36,158 nucleotides of DNA, from positions 1 through 36,158 of IMG/VR virus record IMGVR_UViG_3300022697_000054. The stretch is one strand, 5' to 3'. The notes beneath the pieces are model-generated. The model did not search any database, was not told the origin of the DNA, and saw nothing but the letters and a program-made list of their open reading frames with translations. This document shows, in pieces, positions 1-8,863 of this stretch (the first letter of the stretch is position 1; every line of letters starts with the position of its first letter). This DNA is from a virus. Lineage: Duplodnaviria; Caudoviricetes. The position numbers were made by a program, and so were the translations under genes.

Positions 1-99
1 AAATTCTTACTGACGCATCCATTATTGCACCCGCTCAATCGCTATCATTTCCAGCGTCCGCTTTCTTGCATCGACATCTATTACATCTCTAATATCAAA
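1..99. repeat. Terminal direct repeat, copy 1 (circular assembly overlap)
   Basis: 1-99 is identical to 36060-36158; gene order (head closure then HK97 gp10) is continuous across the junction. Confidence 0.95.
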
Positions 100-423
100 T
101 ACGCGGGAGTCATAACTGATGCGATGTTTCGGCGTAATGCCCGATTGATACCGAATCCGAAATTTATGGGTAACATCCGCATGGACGCTTTTTGCGGTAA
201 AATATTCTCTGCCGCTTATCGGAATAACATCAGCCCAATAGGTACCTGTCGTAGTACCTACAGTTAATTCCACGCCCGCTTCTGTTGTTAACGTAACACC
301 GGCCTCAGTCGCTAATAACGCGCCCTGATAAGCACTCCATGTTTCCGCAGGTTCACCATAAGCGTCCCGCGTTTCCATCACGGCTTCGATGGTAATACGC
401 TTGCGTAGTCTGCCGGCTCTCAT
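22..423 (-). CDS. Head-closure (stopper) protein, SPP1 gp16/HK97 gp7-like, with a ~25-aa insertion
   Basis: MRAGRLRKRITIE...WADVIPISGRE...FRIRY...RVFDIRDV family pattern; follows head-tail connector. Confidence 0.88.
   Translation of the reverse strand: MRAGRLRKRITIEAVMETRDAYGEPAETWSAYQGALLATEAGVTLTTEAGVELTVGTTTGTYWADVIPISGREYFTAKSVHADVTHKFRIRYQSGITPKHRISYDSRVFDIRDVIDVDARKRTLEMIAIERVQ
262..318 (-). repeat. 57-bp repeat copy 1 encoding LLATEAGVTLTTEAGVELT
   Basis: 51/57 identical to 29924-29980; peptide identical. Confidence 0.95.
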
Positions 424-995
424 AATACTGCCACCTGATACGCCCTTAATAATGTTTCAATCGTCATCGGCAAATCACTTACTGACGTGCCGACAATCAC
501 CTGCTCCCTGTTTTCGTATAAATGCCCAATGAGTAATTTCATACCCTGAATTATCTGTTCTGGGATATCAGATACAGCCGAACCGTAGCCCGCGATAAAC
601 GTAATCTTGACCGCGTTTGCAACTGCGCGGGTGGATGGGAAGCTCTGTTGATACGCTAATATTATCTTGCCGGGGTCGGCATACGCATCAACTGTATAGA
701 CAGACGATGCAAGCGTTTGAGTAACTCCATCGGTATCAACATATGTTATCGCGCTTACCGATTGTATCGGAGCTTTCGGCATTGAAATGCCAACGGACGG
801 GAACGCGTCAAGATACAAATCCCAAGTCTGAGTTATAAGCGCGCGGCGCAAAAAGTTTTCCGCATATACACGCGCCGCTTTTACAATCGCATCTATATAC
901 GCATCATCGTCAGATGTATCTATCCGCAAATGCGTTTTTGCATCCGCTGTAGATATAGGCTCAATCGCAGGCGCGGTATTTAAAACAAGTGACAT
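420..995 (-). CDS. Head-tail connector (gp6-like, phiE125 gp8 family)
   Basis: EPIS...AKTHLRID...AENFLRRALITQTW...AGYG...LLIGHLYENRE. Confidence 0.9.
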   Translation of the reverse strand: MSLVLNTAPAIEPISTADAKTHLRIDTSDDDAYIDAIVKAARVYAENFLRRALITQTWDLYLDAFPSVGISMPKAPIQSVSAITYVDTDGVTQTLASSVYTVDAYADPGKIILAYQQSFPSTRAVANAVKITFIAGYGSAVSDIPEQIIQGMKLLIGHLYENREQVIVGTSVSDLPMTIETLLRAYQVAVL

Positions 996-1174
996 TATTT
1001 ACCCTTTTTTGCCGGAGCCTTTTTTGCCGCTTTCGCAGGAGGAGCCTTTGCATATTCGGCGTACCCGCCGTCAACCAGCCCTTTCGCTTCATCGTCAGGC
1101 AATTCGATAACGCATCCGGGGCCGCAATTACCACGCGGCCCGGCGTAGATTGTTTTAAGTTTCACTTCAACCAT
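995..1174 (-). CDS. Small 59-aa protein with K/A/P-rich tail (MVEVKLKTIYAGPRG...AKKAPAKKGK)
   Basis: Read manually; AAGGA RBS upstream; TAATG overlap with the connector start; usual slot after capsid/decoration genes. Confidence 0.75.
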   Translation of the reverse strand: MVEVKLKTIYAGPRGNCGPGCVIELPDDEAKGLVDGGYAEYAKAPPAKAAKKAPAKKGK

Positions 1175-1191
1175 TTCAAAATCCTTTCTTT

Positions 1192-1219
1192 AAAAAAGAG
1201 GGGGCGGTTAAGCCCCCTC
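1192..1219 (-). terminator. Rho-independent terminator after the decoration gene
   Basis: Minus strand GAGGGGGC-TTAACC-GCCCCCTC-TTTTTT. Confidence 0.8.
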
Positions 1220-1228
1220 AATTAATCG

Positions 1229-1600
1229 TTAAACGGGAGCTTTTATAGGCGCACCGCGTACAATAACAGCACCGTAAACCGCGCCGGTAGTCGTACCGGA
1301 TACAGTAGACACAACGCGCACATATCGCTTGATGCCGATATATCCTACGCGCTGAATTACGTTACTGGCAATCGCCGCGAACGACCCCACAAGATCAGCA
1401 GTCGCTACGTCCGTAAACGTAGAGTTATCTGCCGACTCCTGAAGTTTCGGCGTATGTGTGCCGTCCGTGCGGGTGCCGGGATGTACTACAGCCATTACAC
1501 CGTTATACCCGGAGAGATCAACCCCTGTACCGTTTTTTGTAGCAGTTATTGCCGCAGGAGCTATGCTCTGAACGACATCGACATTGTTTTTTATATCCAT
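1229..1600 (-). CDS. Capsid decoration/cement protein (beta-sandwich)
   Basis: Directly after major capsid gene; GVDLSGY...KLQESADNSTFTDV...KRYVRV; GGAG RBS. Confidence 0.7.
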   Translation of the reverse strand: MDIKNNVDVVQSIAPAAITATKNGTGVDLSGYNGVMAVVHPGTRTDGTHTPKLQESADNSTFTDVATADLVGSFAAIASNVIQRVGYIGIKRYVRVVSTVSGTTTGAVYGAVIVRGAPIKAPV

Positions 1601-1615
1601 GTTTTCTCCTTTCGT

Positions 1616-1638
1616 AAAAGCGGGGGCATATTGCCCCC
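1616..1638 (-). terminator. Weak terminator/hairpin after the capsid gene
   Basis: Minus strand GGGGGCAATATGCCCCCGCTTTT. Confidence 0.5.
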
Positions 1639-1646
1639 ATTATTGG

Positions 1647-2855
1647 TTAATTGGTTTTGAGTCTTGCGAACGCCGCTTCGAGAACCGGCATTCCATCGGT
1701 CTCTTTCCGGCCGATGTAGCCGTGCTGGTTATTCGCCGCGTAGAGTTCGTTCAGCACCTGCACCTCCATGTTGAGCGAATCGGCAATATGGTAGTAAGAA
1801 AAATCGCCAAACATCCCGACATAAAGACCGGTCGTAAATGTATTCGGTACATACTCGGATTCGTTAATCGGATGATTAAGGAGCCGGTCGGGATCACCCG
1901 CCGCCAGTCCAACCTGCCAGAGATACTGGTTGTTTGAGTCTTTCAATTTAGAAACAATTTTTATACCGTCTCTATGGAAGAGCCATTCAGCCGCCCGGCG
2001 ATACGCGGCAGTAAGAGCGTACTTTGCATCGCGCAATGCATCGGCAGTAATAGAAGTCGTACTGCCGGAGCTGGTATCACGGCTGATAGAGATACCATTT
2101 GCTGAAGCTGTGAACAGGCCAAGCGGCTGTTTTGCGCCGTTGCCTGATATGAATCCCTTCTCTTCCGACACTGCGAATTTATACGCAAGCCGGTCGCGCA
2201 CTATCGAATCGATCGCAGTCGCGGCGGAACGAACGAGCTTCCGTGAAACTTTTATGAGTTTGGAAAGCGCGTGCGGATTCAATTCCCTGTTTCCAAAACT
2301 CATTGTGGAATCCTCGGTGACTGTACCGATTTCTGCCGTCCAGTCGGCATCCGCCGGGTCGGCTTCAAGAGTCGGTACACCAAGCGATCCTTTAACACCA
2401 GAAATTACAGTAGCCTTCTGTCTGATAAACACAAGATTGTCGAGAGCTTTGAGAAGCCCCGTGGCAAATTCTTTCGGAACGGTGTACCCGCCAGCAGTGT
2501 CAACATCAGTCTGCAAAGCCGCAAACAACGCGGCACCGTCACCGCCCGGCTTCCCGTTCACTAACAAATGACGAAATGCGCCCATGAGTTTTTCGGCATC
2601 TTTCGATTCCGGCTTTTTGGCATCGCCCGCAATCTGCTTTGCAATAACAGTCTGCGCAACCTCCCGCTCAAGATTAGCGAGACTTTCAGCCTGTGTTATT
2701 CTGTCTTTCAGTTCGGCCTGATCGGTCATAGCCTTGTCGTAATTAGTCTGCTCTTCGGCTGTAAGAGCGCGACCTTCGCTTTCGGCCTTTTCGAGTATCA
2801 CCCGCGCTTGGGCAATAGTTTTGCCGCGCTGGTCTCTCAGTTCCTTTGTATCCAT
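1647..2855 (-). CDS. Major capsid protein, HK97 family, with N-terminal coiled-coil delta domain
   Basis: AGGYTVP, GNGAKQPLG, KLKDSNNQYLWQ, FGDFSYY motifs; AGGAG RBS. Confidence 0.97.
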   Translation of the reverse strand: MDTKELRDQRGKTIAQARVILEKAESEGRALTAEEQTNYDKAMTDQAELKDRITQAESLANLEREVAQTVIAKQIAGDAKKPESKDAEKLMGAFRHLLVNGKPGGDGAALFAALQTDVDTAGGYTVPKEFATGLLKALDNLVFIRQKATVISGVKGSLGVPTLEADPADADWTAEIGTVTEDSTMSFGNRELNPHALSKLIKVSRKLVRSAATAIDSIVRDRLAYKFAVSEEKGFISGNGAKQPLGLFTASANGISISRDTSSGSTTSITADALRDAKYALTAAYRRAAEWLFHRDGIKIVSKLKDSNNQYLWQVGLAAGDPDRLLNHPINESEYVPNTFTTGLYVGMFGDFSYYHIADSLNMEVQVLNELYAANNQHGYIGRKETDGMPVLEAAFARLKTN

Positions 2856-2944
2856 GTTTTCTCCTTTGTTAAAAATTATTACCGTTAGTTAATCCATGCG
2901 TTCCACTGAACGCTTTAAAAAGATTGAAACGCTCCATTGAGTTT

Positions 2945-3700
2945 TCAATCATCTAACTCTGCCATTGCAAGTTTCTGTTTCAATATCGAAAGGGGCAGAC
3001 CGTTAACCGAAGATTCTTTTATCAATGAATCGGCAAGTTTTGCTTCATCAATATGAATTTCAGTGACCGGGTATTTCGCCAGCACTTCGGGGACGTGCTT
3101 GTAACCGAACGCTTTCAGTTTTTCTGCGCTTGCGGCCATGCGAGACGATGTACCGGTAACAGCAGTTGCAAATCCCGCGTCAACAGCTTCCTGAGCCGTG
3201 TACCACGTTTCAGCCGTCATAGCGGCCGCTATATCCGATTCGGAAAGCGCGCTCCGCGTTTGATATGTTGCTACTATTCCGGCCTTTGCTTTATCCATCA
3301 TATCGGCCTCGGTGCGCAGATCGACCGCGCTACCCATAACGACCGTCCACGGGTCGTGAATCATCATCAGCGCATTTTCCGCAATGCTTATCGTGTCGCC
3401 TGCCATAGCGATTACCGAAGCGATGGAAAGAGCCATACCGTCAACCTCAACATTTATAGTTGCCGGATGTTTGACAAGTGAGTTATAAATAGCTACTCCA
3501 TCAAATACCTGCCCGCCCGGAGAATTGATGCGAACGGTGATATTTTTAACACCTTTCAGTTTGTTTAAATCTTCAGCAAACGCTTTTGCGCTTACGCCCG
3601 TACCCGTCCACGGGTCAAACCCGACAGGCTCATAAATCAGTATTTCAGCGGTATCAGCCGCCGCCAGCATTTCATATCCCTTGCCAGTAATTTTTTTCAT
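2945..3700 (-). CDS. ClpP-like head maturation protease
   Basis: INSPGG, VDGMALSIASVI, MMIHDPW, AETWYTAQEAVDAGF; GGAGG RBS. Confidence 0.95.
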   Translation of the reverse strand: MKKITGKGYEMLAAADTAEILIYEPVGFDPWTGTGVSAKAFAEDLNKLKGVKNITVRINSPGGQVFDGVAIYNSLVKHPATINVEVDGMALSIASVIAMAGDTISIAENALMMIHDPWTVVMGSAVDLRTEADMMDKAKAGIVATYQTRSALSESDIAAAMTAETWYTAQEAVDAGFATAVTGTSSRMAASAEKLKAFGYKHVPEVLAKYPVTEIHIDEAKLADSLIKESSVNGLPLSILKQKLAMAELDD

Positions 3701-3708
3701 ATCGCCTC

Positions 3709-4458
3709 CTATCCGGCCAACGCCAGCATTTCAGTAATGTTATTTAATTTATTATCGTAATTAGTAACAACCTCCATCGTTGCAACCATGATCGTTGCAG
3801 CGTTAATCGTGGATGTTTTGAGCTGTCCATTTTTAGCGGCGTCGTCAAATAGTGTTTGATTATCGATAACCTTTTTTGCGAAAAAGAAATCCGCTGATAT
3901 CGAACCGAGCTTGCCGGAGACCGCGTCAATATCTTCCGAAGTTTTAGGCGCTAATATCAAGAAATTTCCGCTGCCACTATATTTAGAAAAAACAGCCATG
4001 GGATCATCGTTTACGAGAGTTGTTTTTTTCAGTGATGCTTTTTGCGTCGGCAATGCGCGTAAAACCTTTTCGGCAGATTCCCCGTTTTTCAGAAGGTCGA
4101 AAAGAGGCGTGGCTTCCGGGTCTTTCTGTTTTATGGAAAAATGTTTGAGGTAGAAAAAACTATAAAAGAAATCCGCGCCGTCTGTTGCATTTATCGAAAC
4201 AACCTTATCGAACGTCTCCTGCGAGCCAACCCAGTCGAACCCTTTTAATGCGGCCTTATCCGAACCTGATAGATTCTGGATAAACGACAAAAGGATGAAA
4301 GATGTCTCATCGAACAGATTTACAATATGTTCTTTCGGTGGCTTCTTCGCAAGAAATAGTGCGGCGGTTCCATTGTCGGCAAACGGCTCGACAATCCGCG
4401 TATATTTCGGCGCGTGTTCAAAAATAGTTTTTGCGATTCCGAGCGATTTATATCCCAT
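3709..4458 (-). CDS. Degenerate Dam/D12-class N6-adenine methyltransferase-like protein, probably inactive
   Basis: GYKSL..IFEHAPKYTRIVEPFADNG resembles GGK...EPFxGxG; FFYSFFYL and C-terminal EVVTNY; no DPPY; ATG 4458 overlaps the portal 3' end. Confidence 0.65.
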   Translation of the reverse strand: MGYKSLGIAKTIFEHAPKYTRIVEPFADNGTAALFLAKKPPKEHIVNLFDETSFILLSFIQNLSGSDKAALKGFDWVGSQETFDKVVSINATDGADFFYSFFYLKHFSIKQKDPEATPLFDLLKNGESAEKVLRALPTQKASLKKTTLVNDDPMAVFSKYSGSGNFLILAPKTSEDIDAVSGKLGSISADFFFAKKVIDNQTLFDDAAKNGQLKTSTINAATIMVATMEVVTNYDNKLNNITEMLALAG

Positions 4459-6070
4459 CAGCCCCGCCCAATTCCAATAACGCCGCAAAACGTGCGACTT
4501 CGTTAATGTCAGTCAATACCGCATCCGCCCTCACTCGATCAAAATATTCCTTAACAATATCCCCCCGCAAAGCCAGCGCATCCGCTACGAGACCGATGTG
4601 TTTTGCGTAAAAATCTTTCAGCCAGCCGACAAGCTCTATTCCGTCTAAGCGGGCGCGGGCGGCATTTACTGCTTTGGATTCCTTTGTTGCCAATAGCGCG
4701 GCGGCGTTTTTAAGGGCTTTCGCGCCTCGGCTTTTTGTAACTGGGGCGGCAAACTCAAGAGCGGGAATCTCGCTCGAAGGTTTAAATATCGCATTACCTT
4801 CGGGTATCGGCTCCAGCCCTAGTTCTGCGCGCTTTTCGTTAACCGTCATTACATCGGAGTCAAGAGGTTGTTTTGCTCCGAGCGCATCGGCTGACTGCAT
4901 GTTAAGCGGGATCAGATATACATCGCCACCATTAATCGGATTCATATTTTCCTTTTTTCTGATATCGTTCGCAGAAAGCCAACCATCATTTCGTCCTTTA
5001 GAATAAGCTTCATATCGGCTTTTTACATCGCCGCGCAAAAGACCATCCACAACAAACGCAACAAATAAAGTTGCGCGCTGTTTTTCTGTTAAAATATCGC
5101 GCCTCAAAGCCTGCTCGATTCGTACAAGCCATGGTCTGATTGTATGCACTACGAAATCAATCGACTGTTGCTCTATGTTTGAAAAAGCGGACTTCGTTAA
5201 ATCGCCTATCATGTGCGGCGGGACTCGGAATATTCGCGCAATATCCGCAACCTGAAATCCGCGCAATTCTAAAAACTGCGAATCTTTATTACTGATACCA
5301 ATTTCTTTGTAAGTTATTCCCTGCTCTAATACTGCGGTTTTATGTTTATTTACGCCTGCCTGCGCGGCTTGCCACGATTCTTTAAATCTTTCAATCGATT
5401 CTTTATCTTTAAATGTTCCGGGATGTAAAAGAATCCCGCCCGGCTTCGCATCGTTTTTGAAAAACCGACCGGCGTATTTTTCAACCGCCATGCTCAACCC
5501 GATTGTTTCAGCGGCCTGCGTGATGCGACTTTCGCCTACGATTCCATCTGATGAAAAATCGCGCCAATGAAGCATTTCATTCTGCAATATCACACGTGCG
5601 CCACCGGTTGCGGGTTGGTAATAATATGCTATCCGTCCGTCAGGCGCACGGAATGGGCGTACTCTATCCGGGTTCAGTGGTATCAATTCCGATACCCCGC
5701 GCCCCGGCGTTGAGAATATTTCAGCATACGCATTGCCCCGTAATACCATATGACCCACCATCATTTCGCGGAACTCAAACGACGTTTGCCAACGGTTCGG
5801 CTGGTCATGTAGCAATGTATAGAGTGGCAAATCGAATGCCCGCGCCTTGCCGCCGCCTTTTGTTCTGCGATATAAAAACAACGGCAAACTCGCAATCGTC
5901 TCAGATATAACCCGCACCGCCGCCATGACCGCCGTGCATTTCATGGCATTATCTGGCGTTACGGATTCGCCGGATTCAGTTTCATCACCGCCGAACCAGC
6001 TTGCTATTAGCGGGTCTTTCGCCGTGCGCGAACCCCACTTTTCAGCATTGAATAATTTAAAAACGCTCAT
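4448..6070 (-). CDS. Portal protein, HK97 family, with C-terminal extension
   Basis: AVMAAVRVISETIASLP, RGNAYAEI, DSQFLE, IARIFRVPPHMIG, SNIEQQ. Confidence 0.97.
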   Translation of the reverse strand: MSVFKLFNAEKWGSRTAKDPLIASWFGGDETESGESVTPDNAMKCTAVMAAVRVISETIASLPLFLYRRTKGGGKARAFDLPLYTLLHDQPNRWQTSFEFREMMVGHMVLRGNAYAEIFSTPGRGVSELIPLNPDRVRPFRAPDGRIAYYYQPATGGARVILQNEMLHWRDFSSDGIVGESRITQAAETIGLSMAVEKYAGRFFKNDAKPGGILLHPGTFKDKESIERFKESWQAAQAGVNKHKTAVLEQGITYKEIGISNKDSQFLELRGFQVADIARIFRVPPHMIGDLTKSAFSNIEQQSIDFVVHTIRPWLVRIEQALRRDILTEKQRATLFVAFVVDGLLRGDVKSRYEAYSKGRNDGWLSANDIRKKENMNPINGGDVYLIPLNMQSADALGAKQPLDSDVMTVNEKRAELGLEPIPEGNAIFKPSSEIPALEFAAPVTKSRGAKALKNAAALLATKESKAVNAARARLDGIELVGWLKDFYAKHIGLVADALALRGDIVKEYFDRVRADAVLTDINEVARFAALLELGGADGI

Positions 6071-6213
6071 TGACTTCCCCGCATGCCGACGATAATGAAA
6101 AAGAATCCTGGCACTATCAATGCCGCAGGCTCATAAATCAAAAACGAACCGGCCGATAACAAACCAAGCCCGACGAGAAAAAGCAGGTCGTACCCATCTA
6201 TATTATTTTTCAT
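6067..6213 (-). CDS. Small 48-aa two-TM membrane protein
   Basis: MKNNIDGYDLLFLVGLGLLSAGSFLIYEPAALIVPGFFFIIVGMRGSQ; ATGA overlaps on both sides; common between TerL and portal in HK97-like phages. Confidence 0.8.
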   Translation of the reverse strand: MKNNIDGYDLLFLVGLGLLSAGSFLIYEPAALIVPGFFFIIVGMRGSQ

Positions 6214-7874
6214 ACCGTCAATATTCCTCGCTCCGCGTAAGCATCTTGCTCTTCTTTCGGCTGTACCATCGCCCTACCCAGAGCCATTATCATTGCAACA
6301 ACACCATCTATTTTTTCCGCGCTGGACGGTTTGTCTGGTTTCATATTCCCTGCCGGGTCGAGTTTCACACTGATATTGCTCATCATCCATCGCAATACAG
6401 GATTCCCGTTGTGATGAATCTCTTTTGCGAGTATCAATTTTTCCAGCTCCTTCGTCGGTGCGGCCATACTGTAAAACCCCTGCCCGAACGGAACCATCGT
6501 TAATCCTTCATCTGCAAGGTCAACAGATAATTGACCTGCAAACATCCGGTCAAACGCTATCTCTTGAATTTCATATTCACCAGCAAGGTCGATTATGTGT
6601 TGATATATATGGTTATAATCCGTTGTATTGCCCGGCGTAGTATGTATATATCCCTGCTCTATCCAGCGGTCATACGGGACGCGGGATTCTTTTATGCGGT
6701 CATAAATATTATCTTCCGGCATCCAGAAAAACGGCTTAACATCAAACCCGTTATCGTTCGGGAATAAAAGAGTCAGGGCAGACAAATCTTTATTACTGCC
6801 AAGATCAAGCCCACCGAAACACACACGCGGTAAATTATAATCTGCCGTTTCGACTTTGCAGTTATCCCAAACCTGAATGTCAATCCAGCGGACTTCCTGC
6901 TCTGTCCATTCCGAAAGATGTTTATTTCTAAATGCGTTTTGCGCGGCCGGGATGTTTTCAGCTTTTCGCGCCTTGCGCCGTAAATCTTCCAGCTTCACCG
7001 AAACGCCAAGATTCGGGTTCGCTTTTATCCATACCGCTTCATCGCGCCAGTCGTCGCCTTCGTCAATCGTGGCGATGAAAACAAAATAAGAATCGTCGTC
7101 TATAATTCCCTCAAGAATTTTTTGACCGTATTCTCTCTGTTCTAAACAGACGTTATGCTTACCATGCCCCGCAGTCGTAATTGCAAGGATCATCGGCTGG
7201 CGGCGTGAACCCGTTGCCGTCTCTATGACATCCCAGATTTCACGGCTCTTATGCGCATGGAGTTCGTCAATTATTGCCCCGTGTATATTTAGACCGTCCA
7301 TTGAATTCGAGTCAGATGAAAGCGGCTCGAACTTTGACGCGGTATCCGCAATGTGCAAATTGAACCGAAAAACATTTATGCGCGATTTCAAAGCCGGGGA
7401 TGATTTAACCATCCTTTCAGCTTCGCTGTGAGTTATCCGCGCCTGCTCTTTTTTTGTGGCCGCTGAGTAAACCTCCGCGCCCGCTTCGCCGTCCGCGAAA
7501 AATAAATACAATCCGATACCGGCAAGAAATGTTGATTTACCGTTTTTGCGCGCAAGCTCTTGATACGCGATTCGGAACCGCCGAAGCCCATCCATTTTAT
7601 ACCAACCAAACAGATTCCATAAAATAAATTCCTGCCACGGCGAAAGATTAAAAAATTGGCCAGCCCATTCGCCCTTCGAGTGCTTCAAAAACTGAAAGAA
7701 ATTTATCGCATGTTGAGCCTTATCTTCATTGAAAACAAGCGCGCGTTTTTTAGCTGTTTTGACATCATGGAAATATCGCGTAACTGCGAGCTTGACCCAC
7801 TTGCACGCAACTATCCGACCAGCGCGGACATCTTCCGCGTACTGAATAGCCGGATGGTTATTTTTTCGCGCCAT
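6210..7874 (-). CDS. terL: Terminase large subunit (Terminase_1 type)
   Basis: Walker A ARKNGKST, Walker B IIDELHAH, ITTAG, GGLDLG, EKIDGVVA. Confidence 0.98.
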   Translation of the reverse strand: MARKNNHPAIQYAEDVRAGRIVACKWVKLAVTRYFHDVKTAKKRALVFNEDKAQHAINFFQFLKHSKGEWAGQFFNLSPWQEFILWNLFGWYKMDGLRRFRIAYQELARKNGKSTFLAGIGLYLFFADGEAGAEVYSAATKKEQARITHSEAERMVKSSPALKSRINVFRFNLHIADTASKFEPLSSDSNSMDGLNIHGAIIDELHAHKSREIWDVIETATGSRRQPMILAITTAGHGKHNVCLEQREYGQKILEGIIDDDSYFVFIATIDEGDDWRDEAVWIKANPNLGVSVKLEDLRRKARKAENIPAAQNAFRNKHLSEWTEQEVRWIDIQVWDNCKVETADYNLPRVCFGGLDLGSNKDLSALTLLFPNDNGFDVKPFFWMPEDNIYDRIKESRVPYDRWIEQGYIHTTPGNTTDYNHIYQHIIDLAGEYEIQEIAFDRMFAGQLSVDLADEGLTMVPFGQGFYSMAAPTKELEKLILAKEIHHNGNPVLRWMMSNISVKLDPAGNMKPDKPSSAEKIDGVVAMIMALGRAMVQPKEEQDAYAERGILTV

Positions 7875-8271
7875 TTAAAAACGCCTCCATTGGGTCTTTT
7901 TTGTCTTTAGGAATTACGCTTATCCGTGTCCGGCTGGAAGGATCAAGGCCGAACGAAGCCGCAAGACCGCGAAGCTGTGCTAGCATATTCCCGGTAGGCA
8001 CGTTCCCGCGCTTGAATTCTTTCCGGCAATGAGCCGCAAGGTTGCAATACATCTCAAGCGCAGTTCTATCCACCTCAGTCAATACACCAGCCGCTAACAA
8101 CCGAGGTGCTATAAATTTCCATTCTTTTAATGCTTCACCCTTCATCCCCTTGGGCGGTTCAACCGAGGCCGCCGTGAATTCAGGTTCAGACTTCCGCTTT
8201 TCCATGCGCGCATTTCGCCCCGTCCCATGTAGCACATGAAGTTTCGTTGCCTTCGGTGGTCTACCTGCCAT
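7858..8271 (-). CDS. terS: Terminase small subunit, P27 family
   Basis: GRPPKAT...L.G; EW..IAP.L...GVLTEVD..AL..YC; FGLDPSSRTRI. Confidence 0.92.
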   Translation of the reverse strand: MAGRPPKATKLHVLHGTGRNARMEKRKSEPEFTAASVEPPKGMKGEALKEWKFIAPRLLAAGVLTEVDRTALEMYCNLAAHCRKEFKRGNVPTGNMLAQLRGLAASFGLDPSSRTRISVIPKDKKDPMEAFLNGAKK

Positions 8272-8279
8272 TTTCCTAT

Positions 8280-8380
8280 AATCTCCAGATGTTCATTTTG
8301 GCTTTGTGTACAGAACCTTTATCGTTCGCCTCTTTCATCGCCAGAATACAGAGATTGCACCCGGCATACCCATATTCGAC
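8280..8380 (-). other. Probable cos/packaging initiation region
   Basis: Position between HNH and TerS as in HK97-type cos phages; GGGTGCAATCTCT resembles sequence typical of this interval; exact cut site not determinable. Confidence 0.35.
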
Positions 8381-8458
8381 CGCCATTACGTTGTTTCTCG
8401 CTACTTCTACGCGCATCTCCTACACTACCGTAACACTCGTCTCCAATATCACGGGGTT

Positions 8459-8863
8459 TCATCGTAATTCATTACCACTACCGTGACACTTTCCTTTTTT
8501 GCGCCATGTGCTACCCTCTTCGCCGGATTTACGGCTGTGGCATGGAGCGCATAAGCTCTGTAGATTCATATCGTCTAAATCCGCGCCTCCGTGCCGAATC
8601 GGTACGATGTGATCAACTGTATCAGCAGACGTGATTATCCCTCTGCGTCCGCAACTGCGGCATAACGGCTCTCTTGTGAGGTGATATTGCCTCACTTTAC
8701 GCCATTTACTCGATGAATAGAACATATCGTTACGTGCGGGGTCTGCCCTACGTTCTTTATTGTAACGATTCATTACTTCTTTTTTATGTTTCTCGCAGTA
8801 TCGCTCATGCGTCAAAGCCGGGCATCCAAAATATCTACACGGTCTCGCTAATGCTCTCGCCAT
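8459..8863 (-). CDS. HNH endonuclease, packaging-associated (HK97 gp74-like)
   Basis: EPLCRSC...VDHIVP...NLQSLCAPCHSRK; upstream of TerS. Confidence 0.92.
   Translation of the reverse strand: MARALARPCRYFGCPALTHERYCEKHKKEVMNRYNKERRADPARNDMFYSSSKWRKVRQYHLTREPLCRSCGRRGIITSADTVDHIVPIRHGGADLDDMNLQSLCAPCHSRKSGEEGSTWRKKGKCHGSGNELR

Noticed and set aside
1930-2571. 213-aa plus-strand ORF
   Set aside because: Antisense shadow of the capsid gene with no RBS or motifs
8276-8416. 46-aa minus-strand ORF between HNH and TerS
   Set aside because: The SD abuts the ATG, there are no motifs, and it overlaps the expected cos region
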